From assembly GCA_043228905.1 (NCBI GenBank), contig JBHGNT010000888.1:1-14222 (forward strand): a stretch of 14,222 nucleotides of DNA, read 5' to 3'. Positions 1 to 8,264 of this stretch are shown one piece after another. This DNA comes from Azolla caroliniana (Eukaryota > Plantae > Polypodiophyta). Under the pieces are notes generated by a model. It saw only the letters and a program-made list of their open reading frames with translations. It was not told the DNA's origin and did no database searches. The translations under genes were made by a program, and so were the position numbers. Numbering within the stretch: position 1 is the stretch's first letter; each line of letters starts with the position of its first letter.

Positions 1-860
1 AACCGGATAGCTGAGGTCCGGCCGAGTGATAGTCAAGTAGATAAGGCTTCCGGCAATCTGCCGGAACCATGTCGCATCAGATGCTGCTCCCGAACCTTGG
101 GGAAGTTTAAAATTTTGTTCTAGAGGAGTCAAGACAGATTTGCATTCTGGCATGCCGAATTTGAAGAGCATACTCAACACATAATGGCGTTGACTGATTA
201 GTATGCCTTCCGAGGTGCGGATCACTTTGATCCCGAGGAAGTAATGAAGGTCCCCTAGATCGTTCATGTCGAATGATGCCATGAGTTTGGACTTAACGCA
301 ATCGATTTCTTCCAGGTCGGCGTCGGTGATGACTAGATCAGCCACATATAGTAAAATGCTTACCGGCTCATTCCAACCTTGTCGGATGAAGAGTGAAGAG
401 TGTGACTTCGACGACGCAAACCCCATCCGACATAGTCTTTGTGTGATCTTTGCATTTCAAGCATGTGGGGCCTGCTTGAGTCCGTATAGGAACTTCTTCA
501 GTTGGCAAACAACCGACGTGTTCATTCTGGACCGAAATCCGGGGGGTTGTACTATGTACACCTATTCCTCAAGGTCACCTTGCAGGAACGCATTCTTTAC
601 ATCCATTTGATGTAAGTGCCAACCCTTTGTCGCAGCTACCGCCAACAATATACAAATGATAGTCATCTTTGCGACCGGAGCAAATGTCTCATCATAGTCG
701 ACGTCGTGCTGCTGCGCGTAGCCCTTGGGCACTAATCGGGCCTTGTACCGGTTGACGGAGCCATCGGTACGTCAACCAAGTCCCATGTTTTGTTTTCCAT
801 GAGGGCGTCCATCTCTTCCTCCATGGCCTTTTTCCAATTCAGATCCTTGGCCGCTTCTAC
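1..860 (-). pseudogene. Copia reverse transcriptase (RVT_2-type) pseudogene
   Basis: Manual translation gives [75 protein letters not shown] (YVDD changed to YVAD at 337-348), DLGDLHYFLG and SLIYLTITRPDLSY. Confidence 0.95.
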
Positions 861-1189
861 GTAGATCTCCACCTACGCATTGTTGCCACCTTCGCTCTGA
901 TCCAACTCTTCTTCGTCAATGTCGTATTCAGACATCTTCTGCTTCCCCTTCTCTTTGCGCGTGAACCTTCTCCTCAGTTCCTTGCGCAAGGAGAGCACGG
1001 CCGAGTCTCCTCTACTCGCCGGCTCGTCAGCTGGTTTACCGCTCTAGCTCAACCAGTCCGGATTTGGTCCACTGATACGGAGGGAAGTTGGACTATCCAG
1101 TAGTTCAGAGTCTACAATGCTTCCCTTTGTTCCGGAATCCGTTGCCTCATCCCTAGCAATTGGCTCAGGTTTGGGTGGTGCGAAGTACC

Positions 1190-1954
1190 AAGATGTTGAT
1201 TCGTCGAAAACGACGTCACGGCTAACTCGGACTTGCTTCAACCAAGGGTTGTAGCATTTGTATCCCTTCTGCTCATCGGAGTAGCCAACCAAGATACACT
1301 TCTCGGCCTTGGCATCCAACTTCTTCCGCTTCTCATCTGACACATGCACATAGGCAATGTTGCCAAATACCCGTAGGTGCGCCAAGTCCGGTGTCCGCTC
1401 GAAATACAGTTCGTGAGGCAACACCTTTGTCCCTAAGGCAAATATCCAATTCTGTATGTAGACGGTACTAACATCCGGTTCCGTCCTTCGACCACGCCGT
1501 TCTGCTCCGGCGTGTATGTACAGGAGAATTCACGTCGGATTCCCTTGGTCTGTAGATAACTTGTGAACTGGCCAAAAAAGTACTCTTTTCCATCATCCAA
1601 TCTCAAACATTTGATCTTCCTTCCGGTTTCTCATTCTACATGATTCTTTAAGTCCCGGAATCACGAGAGACTTCGCTCTTCTTCTCAATCAAATAGATCC
1701 AAGTGTGTCGGCTAAAATCGTCGATGAATGAGACGAAATATTGACTCCCACAATGCTCACGTTTTGTGCCGGTTCCATACATCTAAATGGATAAGATCGA
1801 GCTGATTCCAGCTCCGATTCTTCTCATTGGGGAATGGAAGCCTATGATGCTTCCCGAGCTGGCAAGCTTCACAAATCTGGCCTTTCTGGCCGCTGAACTT
1901 CGGCAGTCCAGAAATCAGATGTTTCGACTACATCTCCTGAAGCTTCCGGAAGTT
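1190..1954 (-). pseudogene. Copia pre-integrase and integrase pseudogene
   Basis: Motifs GLPKF, CEACQLGKHHRLPF, LIHLDVW, YFVSFIDDFSRHTWIY, YTPEQNGVVE and HLRVFG...KLDAKAEKCILVGYS...GYKCY...VSRDVVFDE (ORF 1044-1424). Frameshifts and one stop are present. Confidence 0.93.
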
Positions 1955-2047
1955 CTCTGTCCATTCTTTCCTTCTTGTTCTTTACCAGGTATTAGGGTTT
2001 GTCTTGTAAGAGTCGTTTGTCAACAGCAGAGGATTCTCAACCCTCGC

Positions 2048-2059
2048 GCTTTGATACCA
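2048..2059 (-). promoter_or_regulatory. Primer binding site for initiator tRNA-Met
   Basis: Minus strand reads TGGTATCAAAGC directly after the LTR end ...TTTTACA; the plant consensus is TGGTATCAGAGC. Confidence 0.92.
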
Positions 2060-2246
2060 TGTAAAAGTTAGTGTGCGGAAGCATAGACAAACCGGCTCAG
2101 CCGGATAAAAGCAGAGAACAAAAATGAAGGTTTAATGGAAAGCTTCAAACAATACACAGGAGAGACAGAGGTAGAGCAGAACACTAAACGTTTATATTCA
2201 GAAACTCAAATAAAACACTCTGTACATACAACTGTGCTTAAGAGCA

Positions 2247-2255
2247 CTATTTATA
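2247..2255 (-). promoter_or_regulatory. LTR TATA box
   Basis: TATAAATAG on the minus strand inside the LTR, downstream of the repeat-rich U3 region. Confidence 0.65.
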
Positions 2256-2415
2256 CAAGTCCTTAAAGGACTAACTAAAGTACTGACAAGTACTTTAATG
2301 CTCGTACTAAGAGAAAGACACTGATTCCCAAAAATATGCCTACGAACTAGGCTAGGATCATAGGCTTCTAACGGCCTACCGGTTACAATCTGATCCGGAT
2401 TACGATCTGGGTCTC

Positions 2416-2476
2416 CGATCCGGCTCTTTGTTCTGGACATCGATCCGGTTCTTTGTTCCAGATACCGATCCGGCTC
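2416..2476. repeat. 25-bp tandem repeat in LTR U3 (about 2.4 copies)
   Basis: CGATCCGG(C/T)TCTTTGTTC... units start at 2416 and 2441, and a partial unit starts at 2466. Confidence 0.85.
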
Positions 2477-2727
2477 CGGCTTACTCAGCCGCTCCATATC
2501 AGGTTGAGCTTGTCCGCTCAACACAAGAGAATGAAACAGAGAATGCATTATCATCAAATTTTGTGACCCCTTTCACACGCCAATCGTGCTAGCCACAATC
2601 GTGCACACTTTTCCTGATACTATTCGCAAAGTGCATAGATCGCCCATTGCATATATATTGGACCTCTAGTCATTGGATGAGCCAAGCACACAGTGCTATG
2701 TTTTGTCCGTCTAATACGGAAGACTTC

Positions 2728-4405
2728 AAACATGTGTGCAAGATGCAGAAGCAAGGTGTCACATGCATAGATAAAATGCTCACCTACCAATCCATCATGA
2801 TCTTGGGCCTTTCAAAAGTGTGGCCTATCTTTGGCATTTCTCACCTTCTCAAAGATTTACTTAATTATGTTTATTTTGGTTCACTGTTCTCAAAAGTGAG
2901 ACAACATTTTCAGATGCAATTTCATGTTTGGTCTTTATAGGTCATGTGGGTGGGGGAGGAGATGTTGTGTGCTAGGTTGCCTTTCATTGAACATAATCCA
3001 TGCTCTTTTACTTTCTTGTCCTAGGAACAACCAATACATCTCGGCTTTAAATTTTGCCCAATATGATCTCTTCTTCTTCCTAACAAGGCATTAGATGGCT
3101 GCTTTTCCTTGTTTATCTATACAAATACCCGGGTCACCTCCCTTCTCCTTGTATCGTAAACTACTTTGTCTGGCTCTACCAACTCGGCCTTAAATTTAGC
3201 CCAATACGATCTCTTTTTAAAACAAGGCATTAGAAGGCTGCTTTTCCTTGTTTATCTAGACAAATCCCCGGGTCACGGGTCACCTCTCTTCTCCTTGTAC
3301 CGTAAAATTTCTCATTATACCAACTACTTTGTGTGGCTCCACCACATATGGTTGCATTGCTGACTAAGATGTCCAGAAAGGCATTGTGGCAGCATAATGC
3401 AATGACTTTGGCAATCCTTGGGTCACTTCCTCAAGGAATGCAAATGGATCCAAAATCAAGTATGACGTTATACACTTCATAGTTATACACACCAGATGTT
3501 TCTATAGATAATTGGTATTTAACATGCTCAATCCCATTCTTAGCATATCATCCTTTTGGCATCCCTCCTTAACCTTAAAGCTTAGATATGCATGATCAAC
3601 TGCCAAGACAATTGGTCTACTAGAGACAATGAAATCTATTATCTTTGGTAGAGGGGGACGGGGATCCCATCAAGTAATCGACCATGCTTGCACCTCAGTT
3701 GAGATTCCAAAAGATCAAAGCATCTAATCTTGGCAATTGTGATAAACCTGTGTATATCACAAATCCATGTGCACTACAAAGGGCTAGAAAGTCTCTGCAA
3801 TATTCTACTTCTTCATTCATAACTTGTGATCGTTGCTTCAGGCCAACTTCTACTATGACTTCTCTATATATGGACTTGCTTGTGTTAAATAAAGTTCTTT
3901 GTTCATCATTAGTGTGTGCATTGAAGTTCCTTAACAACATCATATCCCCAATATTCGTGTATCTTATCAATTCATTGTATAATGGTAAATCTGGTGATTG
4001 TCCAAGAGGTGCAAACCCTGAGTAGGCAAGTTGGAGAGTAGCAAACCTGCATCTACATCTTTATGAACAAAGTATGCTCCATCATGGAACTCCTCTTCGT
4101 ACAACATGGCCATTCCACCAGAGCCTCTAGTGCTTCATGTCATGCATAGTTGGAGACGGCATACCAACTGCCATCAATATCCCATTATATCAAGAAATTT
4201 ATTGCCAATAAATATCAATATGATGGGCCTCTATATATGTATCAATATACAGGTTCTTGAGGGTGTCTTCAAAATACCTGGCATCTATCCATAGCGAGCC
4301 ATTGCAATTCCATATACTCATGCATAAGATCGCATCATCCATATAGCAGCATGCGCCTCTGTTCTTTGTAATAATAACCGTGTCATCTCTATAGGCAGCC
4401 CACCT
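2728..4405 (-). mobile_element. Degenerate LINE remnant: possible ORF1 tail, APE endonuclease, linker and start of RT domain 0; 3'-truncated
   Basis: MDDAILCMSIWNCNGSL (ATG at 4342), RGSGGMAML, GDMMLLRNFNAHT (GDFNA-like), ASMVDYLM, VDHAYL, linker SWYNE and KAQDHDGLVGEHF...LAHMF (2811-2728). Many stops and frameshifts. Confidence 0.85.
3030..3342. repeat. Imperfect tandem duplication (about 150-165 bp, 2 copies) inside the LINE linker
   Basis: The block ACAAGGCATTAGA.GGCTGCTTTTCCTTGTTTATCTA.ACAAAT.CCCGGGTCAC occurs near 3083 and again near 3222, with matching flanks. Confidence 0.9.
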
Positions 4406-4601
4406 CACTAAATTGGACGGGACAAGGCTAGTGATAGCAATAACGGGGAAAAGGGTGAAGAAGGCCTTCAAGAAGCGGCAAGAGAGTAGCCTGAACTCGA
4501 GGAAGGCGAAGGCTCAGAAAGCGAGGAAACAAAGAATGACTACCTTTTGCCCCACCATTCTTGGCACGTGCCAGAGGACATGCAGTTTGGTGGGGGTGGA
4601 T

Positions 4602-4727
4602 GTTAGATATTTGAAAGGGACGAACGTAAATGTCTACCTTATAAAAAGGGTTTGTTGGAATTACATGGATTCTGTGACTTTAATAGTGCAGGTGATGTGG
4701 ATACACGCAAAACTACTGGCAGATATG
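4602..4727 (+). mobile_element. Short copia RT-tether/RNase H fragment
   Basis: VRYLKGT, then after a frameshift LELHGFCDFNSAGDVDTRKTTGRY, matching the copia consensus LRYLKGT...GFCDSDWAGDxDTRKSTSGY. Confidence 0.85.
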
Positions 4728-5261
4728 CAGAGCCCCCAAGAAAATATTTTAGTAAAATTTCCCCTATATTGATATGGCAGTGGGACAAAAGAGATCAATC
4801 AACCAGACTAAGTTGAACTTGATGATCCTCTCAATGCTTGCCACTAATAGAGGTTTGAGGAACAGTGGTTGGTAAACTATGTAGGTAGAGGCAACCTATG
4901 TATCTACCCACCAACCACCTGTTGCTTGATGCTTGAAGGAGGAATCTTTAGTGAATATAAGCATGCCAAAAGCTCAATTTGAATGCTGAGGTTTTTTGGG
5001 GTTGTTCAGATCTCCATGTATGCTCTAATTTGTGAGTGTACATCTGAGAACATTACCAGCAAGATCAAATATAATCAGAAAATTTTGTTTTCTCCTTATT
5101 TGTCTATTTTTGTGTTGTCTCTTTACATTATAATTAACAATACATTTTAACATCTCTTTTATTTTATATGATACTCTCTCAGTAAAGCTTAGGACTTGAG
5201 ATCTATTCTAGCATCCAAACAGAAAAAGAACAAAATTGGAGGAAAGATTTCTAAAACTTAC

Positions 5262-5357
5262 CTTCCAGAATGAATCATTGCATTGCATGTTTGCAAATGT
5301 TTCAGTATCATCATCCTCAATTGTATCAAAGGTTGAGCATTCGTTGGTTATGTGTAA
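5262..5357 (-). other. Candidate orphan exon (96 nt)
   Basis: TTGTTGCAG acceptor and AAG|GTAAGT donor. Open in phase 0: LHITNECSTFDTIEDDDTETFANMQCNDSFWK. Confidence 0.45.
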
Positions 5358-5456
5358 CTGCAACAATAATATTATGACAAATTTGTATTAAACCAAAGTT
5401 AATAGCACACACATCTAGAAAAGATTTTTAAAAAAGAGAAGCCATGCATTAATTAC

Positions 5457-5490
5457 CTTGAAACGGGTGCAAAAGGAGTGGACAATTGAC
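5457..5490 (-). other. Candidate orphan micro-exon (34 nt)
   Basis: TTTTTGCTAG acceptor and AAG|GTAATT donor, with a 99-nt AT-rich intron to the 96-nt candidate exon. Confidence 0.4.
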
Positions 5491-6802
5491 CTAGCAAAAA
5501 TCAGTCTAGAAATAGAATAAATTGAATCAAAAAAGTGACTAATTTGTGGATACATTTTCAAGGTGTTAAGATTAAGTTTCAATAGCAACAAGACTCAAAC
5601 CAGCCATCACGTCAACATCGTTACAAGATAGCCCCTGAATAGAGCATCACAAAGCACATTCGTCTAGTATTCACAAAGTGGCTTACAACTGAAATAATAA
5701 CAATCGATTCCAAGAAAAGGAAGAGCTCAATGTCCTCTTCTTCCTCTTATTTAACATAGCAAAATATCTTTTAATCTTACAAACTGAACACCACAAAATT
5801 TCAATCACATACGATAATGAAAAACAGTCAAATCTAAAATAATAACACAGCACAACCTTAGCTGCAAGAGAAGGAAAGACCACAAAAGGCTTTAAAATAG
5901 TATTCATACAAATTATATTCACGCTGTCAATTCAGCATTTTCAGACATTGCCTAGCAGAATAGAAAGAGTTAATATATGGAGAGCTTATTTTGGATCAAG
6001 ACAACAAGGTCCTCATAAGCAAATGAATTCCCAAATATTTTTATAGCTTGCAACAAAGCTTAAACATTAGTTGCTACTTTGACAGTAATAAACTCAAAAC
6101 CACAATAAAAATGAGAACAAATCTATACATTGATGTTCATGATTGGCCTACTCGCATATTGAGAGTAGGAATCAGGAAATGACAGAAGGTTCTTTTTTCC
6201 ATTTAAGGAATGACTCTAGGTGCACAATATAGATTGATCAAGCCTGACAAAGACAAAATTTCCATCAAAACTAGAACCACTATGGCTTTATCATGATCTA
6301 CTTTCCATACTTCCTTAACCCAATAGCTGAAAAATGCTCATCTCCAGTAAAAATTGAAACAGCTTCTCTCTAGGGGTGCTAGAGCAAATTGCATGGATTA
6401 CGGCACAGAAATTAGTGCATATTTCTCTTCTCTTTATTTAGGCCTTGCGACGTGCATCAAAAAAGCTTGTAATTTCATGAGAAAGTAAGCCCCAACCACA
6501 TCCCAACAAGATATTGGGACTTCTAAATGATTCCATTTACAAAGTCTGCACCTGCAGAAATTCATTAGTTGGTCAAAGATGTATAGCAAGTTAATACCAA
6601 TAACTACCACACCATGTAATTTGCAACTCTGAGCTGCATATCCATTCATGTATTATTTGTACCTATGTCTCTTTCAAGTAAACTCAGATGGGTTTTAGTA
6701 AAAGTACTGCTTCCAATTCAAACAACTATGTATGAATTTGATAGGAAAACTTCGCTTGCAAAACAAAGTATTAAGCTAATAAGAGAGATAAACACAACAC
6801 TT

Positions 6803-7138
6803 GTATTAGCATGAACAATGGACAATGCGGGTACACAACTTCATTTAATCCTGAAAAGCATAAAAATGAAGATTTTCATCAGAATCTCAAAGTGTTTAGT
6901 TGAGAATGCCACAATAAATCAGAACATTCGATAATTTAAATGCAAACATGTCTACATTCAGGGTTCTAATTGGTATTAGCACATAGAGTGCACAATGTGG
7001 GTACACAACATTTAATCGTGAGAAGGCATAAATTTGAAGATTTTAATCAGAATCTAAAGGTGTTTTATTGGAAATGCCACAACAATAAGAATGTTTGATG
7101 ATTTTAATGGAAATATGTCCACGTTCAGTGTCCTAACT
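6803..7138. repeat. Diverged 170-bp tandem duplication (2 copies)
   Basis: GTATTAGCA...ACAATG.GGGTACACAAC...ATTTAATC...TGAAGATTTT.ATCAGAATCT...AATGCCACAA starts at 6803 and again at 6973. Confidence 0.9.
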
Positions 7139-7180
7139 CATTCCAAAGGTGTTATACAAATCCTAATCTTGGAGTATATT

Positions 7181-7259
7181 ATAGATTAAAAAATGTAATC
7201 AATAGTGAAAGCTTGGAAGATATCATAGATTAAATAAGTCAATGGTGAAGCTTGGAAGA
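7181..7259. repeat. About 45-bp tandem duplication
   Basis: ATAGATTAAA...TCAAT.GTGAA(A)GCTTGGAAGA at 7181 and 7226. Confidence 0.8.
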
Positions 7260-7959
7260 GATTATACATCTTCCTAAGTGCTTTTCATTGTTGCTAACTT
7301 ATGACAAAAGAATTGGAATTAGCTCAGCATCCCAGTACAATCCTCTTTCAAAATGGCTGCAAGAGAGAGAAAGAGAGATACTAACACCTAAAAGTCAAAC
7401 AAGAGATTATATCATGTTGTTTCGTCATTGAGAACAAGCCAAAATAAATGCAACTAAATAAATAAATAAAATGGAAGTGATTAGAGAATCCCATTGTCTA
7501 TACATGCAAGATTCTCAAGTTGGATAGAGTGTAATTTTAGCCTTTGAAGGATCTCTATCATAGAAAGAAAGATAGATAGAGGCCAATTTGGCCTATGAGA
7601 CAAATAATGATTACAAATATGGGTGAATTCATGTCATTCATATTGAAACAAAAATAAATGCTCTAGGTTCCCTGAAGCTCCATGACTATGATGTATTTGT
7701 GGAAGACATTGAGAGAGAAGAAGGCAACTTCTATATGTAGGCCATGATTGGTTGATTTTATGGATGCAAAAACATAATTTCCGTTCCAAAAAAGGCATAA
7801 TGCATCAATATACCTGGTTGGTGAAAATAACGATGTGTACATTTGTATCAATTAATCTCTTTAACTCCTATTCTATGCCATAACTGCACATAGACATATC
7901 AAAAACATCTCAGGGAAAACTAGATGTAAAATAATAGAATTTGGCTATTTAAATTTAAG

Positions 7960-8264
7960 TCAAAACACTTCATACAGTTTAGCACGTTGTAAATCAGATT
8001 TATCCTCCACTAGCGTGTGACTTTCTTCGGGTAGTGTTGTATGATCGTTTCTGTCATCATCACTGGAAGTAAAAAAATCCACGTGTTGTATAACATCATT
8101 TGGAGGTGTATTTCCACCTGATTCCATTGATCCAACTCCATAAATCCTAGCATTTGCGTTGCGATGTCCGACACCAATATCTTGTGCAAGGGGTTCTGAA
8201 ATAGAATTGTATTCCATGTTTTGCATATTAGACCCTAATAAAGGAATTCTATTCAGACCTTTCT
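7960..8264 (-). CDS. LARP1: LARP1 coding exon 8 (stop at 7962-7960, or spliced onward at 7976/7975)
   Basis: A phase-1 acceptor TTGGTAG joins in frame to ORF 7960-8271 (EKGLNRIP...LYEVF*). Confidence 0.72.

Larger units (their letters stand above)
1..2523 (-). mobile_element. Degenerate, internally deleted Ty1/copia LTR retrotransposon (5' LTR, PBS, integrase, RT; continues beyond the left window edge)
   Basis: Minus-strand order is LTR, PBS, pre-integrase zinc finger (CEACQLGKHHRLPF), integrase, then RT. Integrase before RT is the copia order. Stops, frameshifts and deletions are present. Confidence 0.96.
2060..2523 (-). repeat. 5' LTR of the copia element (464 bp)
   Basis: Minus strand starts TGTTGAGC at 2523 and ends TTTTACA at 2060 next to the PBS, and contains a TATA box. 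The outer boundary is inferred from the TGTTG terminus because the partner LTR is outside the window. Confidence 0.82.

Noticed and set aside
266-610. Plus-strand 114-aa ORF (also 1787-2071)
   Set aside because: Antisense shadow of copia pol, with no independent protein features.
2524-2528. CAAGA as the copia target-site duplication
   Set aside because: Cannot be verified because the 3' LTR is outside the window.
2198-2557. 119-aa minus-strand ORF
   Set aside because: Lies in the LTR and its repeats and crosses the LTR boundary; no recognisable motif.
4413-4772. 119-aa plus-strand ORF as a real gene
   Set aside because: Chimeric: a low-complexity K/R-rich start followed by a frameshifted copia fragment.
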